Virus record (IMG/VR): IMGVR_UViG_3300029850_000274
Location: 76,794-140,793 of that record
Source of the DNA: a virus
Taxonomy: Duplodnaviria; Heunggongvirae; Uroviricota; Caudoviricetes
Strand: one strand, 5' to 3'
Length of the DNA: 64,000 bases
The notes beneath the pieces are model-generated. The model was not told the DNA's origin and searched no databases. It saw only the letters and a program-made list of their open reading frames with translations. Below are positions 34,754 to 43,324 of the stretch, piece after piece. A program made the translations under genes and the position numbers. Numbering within the stretch: position 1 is the stretch's first letter; the number at the start of each line of letters is the position of its first letter.

Positions 34754-35077
34754 ATGAGTACATATAAAATCGGAGAAATATTAGTATCAAAAAGAGAAAC
34801 AGAAGTTGAAACAATTTTTGGACGAAAAGAGGTAATCCCTAAAGGAAACAAAATTATTATTACAGCTCATAGGCTTGGGCATCATATCAGGAATGGCATG
34901 AAACAACCTTTACAGAAAGAAGATGTTGTAGAAGGCTATGACACAGAAGGACTTGCAGAGTATTTGTTTACATGTATGAAAAGAGATCTTCCGATGGATG
35001 ATATGATGTATGATTATGACTTAACACAAGCAGATGTTCAGGAAGTTATTGAAGAAGCATTGGATGAGATTTTCTAG
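34754..35077 (+). CDS. hypothetical protein (107 aa)
   Basis: ORF with AGTGAGGGAAATGAGTA before the ATG. Confidence 0.5.
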   Translation: MSTYKIGEILVSKRETEVETIFGRKEVIPKGNKIIITAHRLGHHIRNGMKQPLQKEDVVEGYDTEGLAEYLFTCMKRDLPMDDMMYDYDLTQADVQEVIEEALDEIF

Positions 35078-35093
35078 GAGAGGAGGATGGATA

Positions 35094-35558
35094 GTGCTGA
35101 TAACAATACTTGTAATTACTATAATTGCTTCAATAACCTATTATCATCATGCTAAAAACAAGGGTTACTCCTCTGGTGATCTTGATGTTCTTAGTGTTGT
35201 ATTAATTCTGATTAACTTTGTTATTATCGTACTTTTATGTTGGCTACTGAGTAATCTATATGAAAATCAAGGTGCCAATCAGAAAATCAAAATGTATGAA
35301 ACACAAAATCGGCAACTTGAAAGAAAAATTGATGTGGCTGTTCAGAGTTACATGGATCATGAAAAGGATACATACAAAGAATTTAAAGCTGGTGATGGAA
35401 TGGCATTGATTACAACATATCCTGAATTAAGAAGCAATGAACTTGTTAAAGAACAGCTGAATACATACCAAAGCAATAATCGTAAGATTGCAAAACTAAA
35501 AGAAAAAGAAATTGATTGCAATGTTACTAAGTGGTGGATTTATTTTGGAGGGGAATGA
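35094..35558 (+). CDS. membrane protein (about 155 aa), GTG start
   Basis: AGGAGG (35081-86) lies 7 nt before GTG 35094. Two TM helices, then a coiled-coil. Confidence 0.4.
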   Translation: MLITILVITIIASITYYHHAKNKGYSSGDLDVLSVVLILINFVIIVLLCWLLSNLYENQGANQKIKMYETQNRQLERKIDVAVQSYMDHEKDTYKEFKAGDGMALITTYPELRSNELVKEQLNTYQSNNRKIAKLKEKEIDCNVTKWWIYFGGE

Positions 35559-35560
35559 TT

Positions 35561-35761
35561 ATGAAAGTTTTATATCATGCAAAACCATATAAAGTGTATG
35601 GAGTTTGCACAGACAAATGTGATTCTAGCAGTTGTGGAGACACTTATACAGCCTTTTTGATTTATCTTGATGAAGCGTTTAGATGGTCATGGGTTAATGT
35701 TTGTGATTGTACGCCATATAAGAAGAAAAAACATAAGAAGAAAGGGTGTAAACAATATTAG
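35561..35761 (+). CDS. small Cys-rich basic protein
   Basis: ORF with GGAGGGGAATGATT before the ATG. CTDKCDSSSCGD...CDC. Confidence 0.4.
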   Translation: MKVLYHAKPYKVYGVCTDKCDSSSCGDTYTAFLIYLDEAFRWSWVNVCDCTPYKKKKHKKKGCKQY

Positions 35762-35855
35762 ATACGCACTTAGAGATGTTTCGCTATTTGCACTTAGTGA
35801 CGATACAACTGATGAAGAAAAAATAATATTTACAATTCAAGGGAGCAAGGCTGAT

Positions 35856-36176
35856 ATGAATTACAATCTAACATTCCCTGTCGTAGTTCTGAAAGATGAA
35901 AATGACTCAGTTCCATATATGGCATATATCCCATATTTTGATGTAATGACGCAGGGATATGATGAAGAAGAATTGCAGATGATGATCAAAGATTTGTTGA
36001 ATCTCTGCTTAGAAGATAAGGAATCTTACACAATTCCAGGTTGGGCATATCATTATTTCAATGAAGACGATGTCAAAGAACGAGGCAGAAAATATTTTAA
36101 AGAACTTGATGACGGAGACGATACATATTTTCAAAAGAATTTTTACACAGTATGGTGGTTTGATTTTAAAGGATAG
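35856..36176 (+). CDS. hypothetical protein, possibly HicB/UPF0150-like fold
   Basis: ATG 35856 follows AAGGGAGCAAGG. N-terminus LTFPVVVLKDENDSVPYMAYIPYFDVMTQGYDEEELQMMIKDLL loosely follows the HicB N-domain pattern. Confidence 0.35.
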   Translation: MNYNLTFPVVVLKDENDSVPYMAYIPYFDVMTQGYDEEELQMMIKDLLNLCLEDKESYTIPGWAYHYFNEDDVKERGRKYFKELDDGDDTYFQKNFYTVWWFDFKG

Positions 36177-36199
36177 TAGAAGAAAAGGAGAAAGATAAA

Positions 36200-36382
36200 A
36201 TGGACGTTTTATTTTACATAATTTGGGTATTGGCGTTTATGGTGATCGTAGCGATCGGCATTGGAGTACCGTACATGACTTATTACAATTACAAAAGAAT
36301 TAAGGCAATGGATAAGAAACTTACAGGAATGTGTACAGGTCTTGGGATTATGCTAAGACCAGAAGAGGGTGATGAAGAATGA
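36200..36382 (+). CDS. small membrane protein (60 aa)
   Basis: ORF with AAAAGGAGAAAG RBS. Confidence 0.45.
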   Translation: MDVLFYIIWVLAFMVIVAIGIGVPYMTYYNYKRIKAMDKKLTGMCTGLGIMLRPEEGDEE

Positions 36383-36687
36383 TAGATATGAGAAACACTC
36401 CAATTAAAAATGGGAATTTGTGTTTTAGATCAAGAATGGTAAATGGAGAAACCTTGATGGGATATGCATTAGTTATCTCAAACAAGCTGTTTTGGAAAGA
36501 CAGATGGAATGACTATATTTCTAGTCATGACAAACTTAATTCTAAACAATTAATTGTCATCGAACATCTAAATGATGATGAAAATAAAATGAGAAAAGAG
36601 TGGTTAGAGTTTATGGCAACAACAAAATCAAAAAAGGTTAAAGACGAAGATAGAGAAATTGTAAAAGGATTACTTAGTGAAATATGA
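36379..36687 (+). CDS. hypothetical protein (102 aa)
   Basis: ORF overlapping the upstream stop. Confidence 0.45.
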   Translation: MIDMRNTPIKNGNLCFRSRMVNGETLMGYALVISNKLFWKDRWNDYISSHDKLNSKQLIVIEHLNDDENKMRKEWLEFMATTKSKKVKDEDREIVKGLLSEI

Positions 36688-36702
36688 GGTACAAGGTATT
36701 AG

Positions 36703-36870
36703 ATGAGAAGATTAATTTGGTATATCAGGTCTTGTTTCTGTAAACATGATTGGGAGCAGATATTTGATTCTGAAATATATTATAACAACAGATCGACAAG
36801 ACCTTATAGGTGTGAGAAGGTTTATCGTTGCAAGAAATGTGGTTGTGAGAAAAGATATGTAATAGAGTAA
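36703..36870 (+). CDS. small Cys-rich protein (55 aa; below the 60-aa cut-off of the ORF track)
   Basis: MRRLIWYIRSCFCKHDWEQIFDSEIYYNNRSTRPYRCEKVYRCKKCGC... has zinc-ribbon-like Cys pairs. Confidence 0.3.
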   Translation: MRRLIWYIRSCFCKHDWEQIFDSEIYYNNRSTRPYRCEKVYRCKKCGCEKRYVIE

Positions 36871-36903
36871 AATCTGAGTTTTATGTAAAGGGAGGTGATT
36901 AAT

Positions 36904-37203
36904 ATGGGAGCTAATATTGAGTTTGCCATTGGGTTTTGTATCGTTGGAGTGATTGTATTTCTAAGATATGAAAGAAAGTTAGATCGGATGAGACAGACAA
37001 ATGTAAATCTGATCTTAGATAAAATGTCATTCATGGCTGATGCGAACGACAAAGAAAATGGTACATATAATAAGGAAGAAACTCGTTCAGATGTTAAGGA
37101 TGCAGTGAAGTATGCAATGAAGAAAAGTCATCCAGACAATGGTGGTAGTGCGGATGATTTTAGAAAATTTAGAGAGCTTTATGAAGAAATGGAAGGTAAG
37201 TAA
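36904..37203 (+). CDS. membrane-anchored J-domain (DnaJ-like) protein
   Basis: N-terminal TM helix (FAIGFCIVGVIVFL). C-terminal VKDAVKYAMKKSHPDNGGSADDFRKFRELYEEM carries the HPD tripeptide and flanking J-domain helices. RBS AAGGGAGGTGA. Confidence 0.55.
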   Translation: MGANIEFAIGFCIVGVIVFLRYERKLDRMRQTNVNLILDKMSFMADANDKENGTYNKEETRSDVKDAVKYAMKKSHPDNGGSADDFRKFRELYEEMEGK

Positions 37204-37485
37204 ATGCTAAAGGTCGGAGATAGAGTTTATATTTATAGAATGAAGCCAGCGGCTAAAGGAGGTTTGGTTAGAAATAACGACAAAGGTACAATTACTCGCA
37301 TCGGAACAGATGAGATTGGTCGTAGATATGGGTATAGATATATGACCGTTAAATTTGACAAACCAGTAAACATCTCTAATCGTGATATTTACTCTTTAGA
37401 ATTTTTTGAAAACAAGGATGATCGTAAGATAGGTAGAATACGAGATCTTGGATTCTTACTATATGGTAGAAAATGTGAGGAATAA
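37204..37485 (+). CDS. hypothetical protein (93 aa)
   Basis: ORF starts 1 nt after the upstream stop. Confidence 0.45.
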   Translation: MLKVGDRVYIYRMKPAAKGGLVRNNDKGTITRIGTDEIGRRYGYRYMTVKFDKPVNISNRDIYSLEFFENKDDRKIGRIRDLGFLLYGRKCEE

Positions 37486-37490
37486 GACTC

Positions 37491-37676
37491 ATGAGTAAAC
37501 AAGAATCATTGAAGTTTTTGCAAGGTTTGATTGACGAAGTAGAAAATTGGACAAAAGAAGATATTGAACGAGCGCAGAAGTTGATGGAGAAAATAGATAA
37601 AGAAGAGCCAAAAGAAGTTGAAAATAGTGATGGGTATTGGGAATTTATAATGCCAGATGGTAAGGTAGTGAAGTAG
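37491..37676 (+). CDS. hypothetical protein (61 aa)
   Basis: ORF. Confidence 0.4.
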   Translation: MSKQESLKFLQGLIDEVENWTKEDIERAQKLMEKIDKEEPKEVENSDGYWEFIMPDGKVVK

Positions 37677-37678
37677 AT

Positions 37679-37894
37679 ATGGCTAAGAAACAAAATAAAA
37701 ATTTTAAAATACTTGGTGTGTTTTGGGAATATATAAAATATTCTGCTCAAATAATATTGAGTACGCCAAAAGTGAGGCTTACTATAGCACTCACTAAAAT
37801 CTATGTTATATTGTCGGATTTATGTTATTTGGGGTTTGACAACTATAAAAATAACATAGGTACAAAACTAGATTGCTGGATCAGATGCTTATGA
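37679..37894 (+). CDS. questionable ORF (71 aa) overlapping a direct-repeat regulatory region
   Basis: ORF in track. Its 3' part contains the GGTTTGACAACTATAAAAA repeat. Confidence 0.25.
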   Translation: MAKKQNKNFKILGVFWEYIKYSAQIILSTPKVRLTIALTKIYVILSDLCYLGFDNYKNNIGTKLDCWIRCL

Positions 37895-37918
37895 ATTGGT
37901 TTGACAACTATAAAAAAT
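37832..37918 (+). repeat. Two direct copies of GGTTTGACAACTATAAAAA(A)TAA, 63 bp apart
   Basis: Copy 1 near 37832-37855 and copy 2 near 37895-37918. Each contains TTGACA. Confidence 0.45.
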
Positions 37919-37928
37919 AAAGGAAAAT

Positions 37929-38072
37929 TATGAAAACAAGACAAGAACGTAAACAGGAAATAAAACGATTCTTTGATCGGTTGAGTCCGCAGGAATTGGA
38001 CGAACTGTTAGAAAGAAATGGAATCAATGACAAAGAGCCCAATGAGGCTCTTGCATATAAAATTATTAAATA
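37929..38072 (+). CDS. small hypothetical protein (47 aa; below the 60-aa cut-off of the ORF track)
   Basis: AAAGGAAAATT precedes the ATG. MKTRQERKQEIKRFFDRLSPQELDELLERNGINDKEPNEALAYKIIK. Confidence 0.35.
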
Positions 38073-38097
38073 AGAAATTGAGAAAGGAGAAATGCAA

Positions 38098-38436
38098 ATG
38101 GGGAAAACATTAGTCATTGTATTAACTGATAAAGGCATTAAATTAGATGATAAATCACCGCTTATTTCTATTAATGTCAATGATATGAAACCGTTGGAAG
38201 TAGAAGAGTGTAAACATATTCTGACAATGGTCGATGACGAATATCCAACTGAAAAAAGTGTAACAAGGGCGATTAACATTTTAATAAATTATTTTTATGC
38301 TACCGATGAAGTTTGTAGAACTATTGACGTTACTGACCTTAATCGCCAATTAGCTCCACCGACAGAAATGACGGTTGCAGAAATTGAAAAGGAACTTGGT
38401 TATAAAGTTAAGATTGTAAAGGAGAAAGAAGAATGA
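38098..38436 (+). CDS. hypothetical protein
   Basis: ORF. GAAAGGAGAA lies 8 nt before ATG 38098. Confidence 0.45.
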   Translation: MGKTLVIVLTDKGIKLDDKSPLISINVNDMKPLEVEECKHILTMVDDEYPTEKSVTRAINILINYFYATDEVCRTIDVTDLNRQLAPPTEMTVAEIEKELGYKVKIVKEKEE

Positions 38437-39386
38437 AATGTTTTTATCACGTAGATCAAGATGGGATTGTGTCTGGTTTCTATGTTAGAAAAGCTTGCGA
38501 ACAGCGAGGCTTGGCATTTAAACCAGAAGACTTTCGAAAAATTAATTACGGCATGAAATTCCCGTTTCATGACATTGAGCAGGATGAATTTGTGTTTATT
38601 GTAGACTACAGTATTGAGCCAGAAGAGATGTGGCAGTTGCTCAGTATTACAAAGAATGTATTTTGGATCGACCATCATCAGTCTACGATTGAAGCGTATA
38701 AAGATTTCAAGTGTGATGTAAAAGGAATCAGAATTACTGGAGCGGGTATTTCAGGAGCGAATTTGACATGGTTATATTTTAAATATATGTGCGATGAAAA
38801 TTGGGAGCAAATTGAGAGGACGGATGAGAAAAATGTAAAAAGATTACTCAATATATATAAATATAAAGCAGATTATCCAAAACTGGCAGAATATACAGCC
38901 ATGTGGGATACATTTTATTTTGGTGAAACGTCAAAACAATTCGTAAAAGCATTTCACTATGCATTTGAATCGTATGATTTTGATGCGTTAAGTCCATTGC
39001 TAAACACGTTAAATAAAGATCAAGGAATTTATGAAGCAACAAAAAATATTGGTGATATGGTAGCAGATGGCTTATCAATTATTGAGTATTTAGCAGCAAA
39101 TGCAGAACAATATCTTAGAGCATATGGTTTTGAAACCATATTTGAGGGACATAAAGTCTATGCAATCAACCGAGCATTAATCAATTCTGATTTCTTTGAA
39201 TCTATTGATGCTTCTAAATATGATATGTTCATTGGTTTTTCGTTCAATGGAAGTATGTGGGAATATCAGTTGCGATCCGCAGAACAGGATAAAGTAAATG
39301 TGTATGAGCTTGCTGTGAAATATGGTGGCGGTGGTCATCCAAATGCAGCTGGGTTCAGGAGTAAGAAATATGTATTAGGAGTGTGA
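38433..39386 (+). CDS. DHH-DHHA1 phosphoesterase, NrnA-like (nanoRNase / pAp phosphatase family)
   Basis: DHH motifs: I YHVDQDGIVSG (H.D.DG), III WIDHHQS (DHH), IV GGGGHPNAAG (DHHA1 GGGH). 317 aa is NrnA-sized. Confidence 0.65.
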   Translation: MKCFYHVDQDGIVSGFYVRKACEQRGLAFKPEDFRKINYGMKFPFHDIEQDEFVFIVDYSIEPEEMWQLLSITKNVFWIDHHQSTIEAYKDFKCDVKGIRITGAGISGANLTWLYFKYMCDENWEQIERTDEKNVKRLLNIYKYKADYPKLAEYTAMWDTFYFGETSKQFVKAFHYAFESYDFDALSPLLNTLNKDQGIYEATKNIGDMVADGLSIIEYLAANAEQYLRAYGFETIFEGHKVYAINRALINSDFFESIDASKYDMFIGFSFNGSMWEYQLRSAEQDKVNVYELAVKYGGGGHPNAAGFRSKKYVLGV

Positions 39387-39393
39387 GATAACG

Positions 39394-40146
39394 GTGAATG
39401 GCATTAACGTAGAACTATATAAAAATCGAGAGTTTGACATTGCTACAGGTGCTTGTATCGGAGATGAATCAACAAAAATTACTTCTATTATAAGCAATAA
39501 AGAGATAGATCGTATGTTGTTCGACTTTGATTATAAGGAGTACGTTGTAAGCACTCAATTTTCTTCTTGCAAAAATAAAGATTATGTAAAAATTGAAGAG
39601 TTGAGAGAAGTGTCTCCAATGATATTATCTTGCAAAGAAATAAAATTAAAGGATGGCACAAAGTTTCATATCGATAATACACAAATAGATATTTCTAATG
39701 ATTGTGAAGTATATAAACTGTATTCGAACAGCACATATTTAGATAAAACATATTACAATCAAACAAAAGAAATGGTTTCTGAGTGGGTGCGTGTAGATTT
39801 GCAAAGAATTCACAAGATAATGACTAATATTGCAAATGAAATTTATGATCAATCAGTCCTTGAGTATAAAAACAGTAGTAGGCTCTATCGTTTTTTTAAT
39901 ACTCCAGATCTCCCTGATTTACAATTAGTTTATTCTACATTAGATTTATACAGAATGACATCATTAGGAACATTAACATATGATATTCGTAATCGTATAG
40001 AAAAAAATGTTTCAAATTTGAAATATGTAAAAAATTGGTGGGAGCCAATGAGACAACGCAAGTATTATTTAGCATTAGACTATAGAGAAAAAATCAACAA
40101 CTTTATTAAAGAACAGGAGGCTAAGAAATGTGAAGAAACTAAATGA
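39394..40146 (+). CDS. hypothetical protein (250 aa), GTG start
   Basis: ORF with TAGGAGTG 9 nt before the GTG. Confidence 0.45.
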   Translation: MNGINVELYKNREFDIATGACIGDESTKITSIISNKEIDRMLFDFDYKEYVVSTQFSSCKNKDYVKIEELREVSPMILSCKEIKLKDGTKFHIDNTQIDISNDCEVYKLYSNSTYLDKTYYNQTKEMVSEWVRVDLQRIHKIMTNIANEIYDQSVLEYKNSSRLYRFFNTPDLPDLQLVYSTLDLYRMTSLGTLTYDIRNRIEKNVSNLKYVKNWWEPMRQRKYYLALDYREKINNFIKEQEAKKCEETK

Positions 40147-40663
40147 TGAACAGCGAAAGCTGATTGAAGATAATTATTCTTTAATTTGGCATTTGCACGA
40201 AGAGTATTTTACAAAGTTTACAGATTTTGATACATATATGGATCTTGGTCGTATGGCGATTTGCAAAGCGGCATTAAAATGGGACGAGTCTAAAGGAGCT
40301 TTTGGTACATATCTCTTCTGGGTATTACGTTCAGAAGTGAATCAATATTATACAAAATGGCACAGACCAACAGAAAAAATGAATAGGAATGCTGAATCGT
40401 TAGATACGCCATTGGCAGGATATGAACCAGAAGATGATATTACAATCGGAACAACACTGATGAGTGGGGATAACGTAGAAGATGAGGTACTTACAAAGGT
40501 ACATTTTCAAAATGAGTTTGATAAATTGGCACCGAGAAATAAAAAGATTATTGTTTTAAAACAGAAAGGTTTAACACAAAGACAAATTGCAAATCAACTT
40601 GGAATCACTCATCAGTGGGTTAGTCAAAATATTGTACAGTTTAAGAAAGCATTATGTGGTTAA
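40130..40663 (+). CDS. sigma-70 family RNA polymerase sigma factor (small, group 4/5-like), copy 1
   Basis: Region-2-like MDLGRMAICKAALKWDESKGAFGTYLFWVLRSEV and region-4 HTH LTQRQIANQLGITHQWVSQNI. Paralogous to 46422..46964. Confidence 0.6.
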   Translation: MKKLNDEQRKLIEDNYSLIWHLHEEYFTKFTDFDTYMDLGRMAICKAALKWDESKGAFGTYLFWVLRSEVNQYYTKWHRPTEKMNRNAESLDTPLAGYEPEDDITIGTTLMSGDNVEDEVLTKVHFQNEFDKLAPRNKKIIVLKQKGLTQRQIANQLGITHQWVSQNIVQFKKALCG

Positions 40664-40676
40664 GAGAGGTGAGACC

Positions 40677-41510
40677 ATGACAATTGAAGAAGTAAAGGAT
40701 TACATAAATTCGTCTACAGAGTATGACTTTTTGCGAGATTATCCGCACAAAATCGCTTTTCTCACGTTAGGTGGAAGTTATGCCTACGGAACAAACACAG
40801 AGGATTCTGACATTGATTTACGTGGTGTTTTTCTTAGTGATAAAAGAGAGATTTTGTTGAATAATAATCCAAATAATCTTGAAAAGACAGACGATCATAA
40901 AGATGTTGATACTGTGTTACATTCGCATATTAAGATGATCAATATGCTTGCAAAGGGTAATCCTACGTTTTTAGAGCTGTTATATTTTGCACCAGACCGC
41001 TATTTATATATATCTGATATTGGTATGGAACTGATCAAAAATAGAGATATGTTTTTATCTAAGAGAGTTTATCATGCATATAAAGGATATATATGTGATT
41101 GCCTGACTCGAACGAGTTTTAAGTATTATAAAAATAAAGATTCAGAGAAAGAAAAGCAAAAGGCGGAACGATACGCTAATAAATCAATGATGCACGCAGT
41201 TCGATTATTGTTACAGGGTATTGAATTATTACATAACGGAACAATGTTTGGATCTATGGATGACATAGGAAAAGATCTTGTAAAGATCAAAGAAGGGTAC
41301 AATAGTACGCATAAAACATATAGATTTGGCAAACACAATGAGCATACAGAATATTTCCCAAATCAGTCATACGATGTTTTTATTGAAGGATTACTTTATC
41401 AATTTGATTATGATTATATGAATACTGATTTGCCAGACGAACCAGACTGGGATCGTATCAATAACTTCTTGATGACAACAAATGAACGAATTGTGAGAGG
41501 AATGGTGTAA
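40677..41510 (+). CDS. Pol-beta-superfamily nucleotidyltransferase (KNTase / RlaP-like minimal NTase fold plus helical C-domain)
   Basis: LTLGGSYAYGTNTEDSDIDLRGVF matches the GS...DxD nucleotidyltransferase signature. ATG 40677 follows AAGAGAGGTGAGACC. Confidence 0.55.
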   Translation: MTIEEVKDYINSSTEYDFLRDYPHKIAFLTLGGSYAYGTNTEDSDIDLRGVFLSDKREILLNNNPNNLEKTDDHKDVDTVLHSHIKMINMLAKGNPTFLELLYFAPDRYLYISDIGMELIKNRDMFLSKRVYHAYKGYICDCLTRTSFKYYKNKDSEKEKQKAERYANKSMMHAVRLLLQGIELLHNGTMFGSMDDIGKDLVKIKEGYNSTHKTYRFGKHNEHTEYFPNQSYDVFIEGLLYQFDYDYMNTDLPDEPDWDRINNFLMTTNERIVRGMV

Positions 41511-41512
41511 AA

Positions 41513-41782
41513 ATGTATGTAAAGATTGGAGACGAAATTGCTTTTCATCCTGGCGAATGCTTAGAAGAATTTGTTGAATCTTGCAGGATGACTCCTTATC
41601 AGCTTGCGAGTAAAATTGGCATGGATGTTGATTATGTTCAAGGGTTGATTGACGGATCACAAAGTGTTACAAAAGAATTTGCGAAAACAATGGCAGACCA
41701 TTATGGGTTTGCTGATGATGGGCAGTTCTGGTTAAATTTGCAAGAAACATTTGATAAGAAAGTAGGTGATAGGGATGTTTAA
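41513..41782 (+). CDS. HigA-family (XRE-HTH) antitoxin-like protein
   Basis: IAFHPGECLEEFVESCRMTPYQLASKIGMDVDYVQGLIDGSQSVTKEFAKTMADHYGFADDGQFWLNLQ parallels HigA HPGEiLreEFLeP.gls...LA..lGV....I.eIv.GkR.it.d.AlrLarYFGts.eFWLNLQ. Starts 3 nt after the NTase stop. Confidence 0.65.
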   Translation: MYVKIGDEIAFHPGECLEEFVESCRMTPYQLASKIGMDVDYVQGLIDGSQSVTKEFAKTMADHYGFADDGQFWLNLQETFDKKVGDRDV

Positions 41783-42308
41783 ATTAATAAAACGTCCACG
41801 TTCTGATAACGATAAATATACTAAATATGATGTTGTGCTTGATAAAGAATATACTGTAGAAGAATTTATTGATGCGATTGCAGATGGAAGAAATGGAACG
41901 CATGGTCAAATTACAATAAAAAATGATAAAGAAGCCATTGAATCACTTGTCTATAATATCGAGAGTATTGATTATAGACATTGTGTACTTCAAAATGCTG
42001 AAGAAAAAATTAAACAAGTATGGGCAAATGGTAGCTGGTTAAAAATCAATTATACTATTTTACTTGAAAATAAAAAGGAAACACAAAAAAGTGCGCTCAG
42101 ATTTATTGTTAAGAAACCAGATGGAGAAGAATCAGTGGTTGTTATTTTTAGGAACAAGTCAGATAGCACATATTCATTTGTTAATTTGACCAAAGAGCAT
42201 ATTTGTTCATGTAAATTTAAAACAATCGATGAAGCCATTCAGGATATGAATGACCGACTAAAGAAAGGATTGATTGAGTCCTATGTTATGAAAGGAGAAA
42301 GAAAATAA
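41775..42308 (+). CDS. hypothetical protein
   Basis: ORF. ATG 41775 follows GGTGATAGGG. Confidence 0.45.
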   Translation: MFKLIKRPRSDNDKYTKYDVVLDKEYTVEEFIDAIADGRNGTHGQITIKNDKEAIESLVYNIESIDYRHCVLQNAEEKIKQVWANGSWLKINYTILLENKKETQKSALRFIVKKPDGEESVVVIFRNKSDSTYSFVNLTKEHICSCKFKTIDEAIQDMNDRLKKGLIESYVMKGERK

Positions 42309-42646
42309 TGGATGTACATATTGGAGATTTTTGGCAGAGTAAATGTAATCCAAAAGTAATTCAACATGTAGTTAATTTTTCATTTAGCATGGGTGGATTT
42401 CCAAGTAGTAAAGATATGCTACTGATCTGTGAAGAATTTCATTATACAAAGATAGGTGAGAATCCTGCCTCTGTCGAAGAAGATTCCAGATTCTTCTCAC
42501 ATATTACAGTGGATAATTTTAAAAAGATGAATCAATGTATTCTAAGTGCTGAGAGGATTATGAAAGATACTCAGGCATTTAAAACAGATAAAGATATTTT
42601 GGATTATTTAACAAAGAAAGTGGAGGAGAAATTAAATGCAAAATAA
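42308..42646 (+). CDS. hypothetical protein (112 aa)
   Basis: ORF overlapping the upstream stop. Confidence 0.45.
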   Translation: MDVHIGDFWQSKCNPKVIQHVVNFSFSMGGFPSSKDMLLICEEFHYTKIGENPASVEEDSRFFSHITVDNFKKMNQCILSAERIMKDTQAFKTDKDILDYLTKKVEEKLNAK

Positions 42647-43109
42647 TGTATTTCAGATTTATCTTGCAGGCGGTATGCAGGATTTATCATTTGAAGAGCA
42701 GAATACTTGGAGAGAAAGAATTTGCAATCAAATTATTGCTATGCGTAGAATACTTAATGTTAATATGAAAGAAGTCAACATTATTAACCCCGTTGATTAT
42801 TACAATTTTCAAACAGAGTTACATGATACAGAAAAAGAAGTAATGAGATTTGATACAAATTTTGTTAGACATAGTGATCTTGTTGTGGTAAATGCGAATG
42901 ATCCGAAGAGTATTGGTACATCTATGGAGATTGCAATTGCATATGAACGTCATATTCCTGTACTGATTTTGAATACAGAAAAGAAAAGATTGCATGCTTG
43001 GTGGGTGCAAATGTCTGACAAGATATTTGACGATGAGAAAAAATTATGTACATATATATATGACTTTTATCTCAGGATGAATCATAGTAGTATTCGAGCA
43101 TGGGTGTAA
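42636..43109 (+). CDS. nucleoside 2-deoxyribosyltransferase-like (NDT/Rcl/DNPH1 fold) protein
   Basis: IYLAGGM (NDT YLAGPFF-type N-terminal motif). Catalytic-Glu block SIGTSMEIAIAYERHIPVLIL matches d.GT.fElG.A...gkPv. Confidence 0.55.
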   Translation: MQNNVFQIYLAGGMQDLSFEEQNTWRERICNQIIAMRRILNVNMKEVNIINPVDYYNFQTELHDTEKEVMRFDTNFVRHSDLVVVNANDPKSIGTSMEIAIAYERHIPVLILNTEKKRLHAWWVQMSDKIFDDEKKLCTYIYDFYLRMNHSSIRAWV

Positions 43110-43139
43110 ATGCAATGATATGAAATAGGAATTTGATGT

Positions 43140-43173
43140 TAAAAATAACCACAATATATAGTATGCCTATAAA
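43140..43173. repeat. 11-bp perfect inverted repeat ATATATAGTAT / ATACTATATAT flanking a 12-bp spacer
   Basis: Seen in the 215-nt AT-rich gap before 43325. Confidence 0.4.
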
Positions 43174-43324
43174 TATTATATACTATATATTGCTGTAGAA
43201 AAGGAGTTGAAACACTATTACAGCAGAAAAACAAGGCAAGTTTATTATTTTCCATCTGGATGATGGTAAAACTTGCAAATATGATTTATCAAATGGTGAT
43301 TGTTATGGCAAAAGTGGTAAGAAA

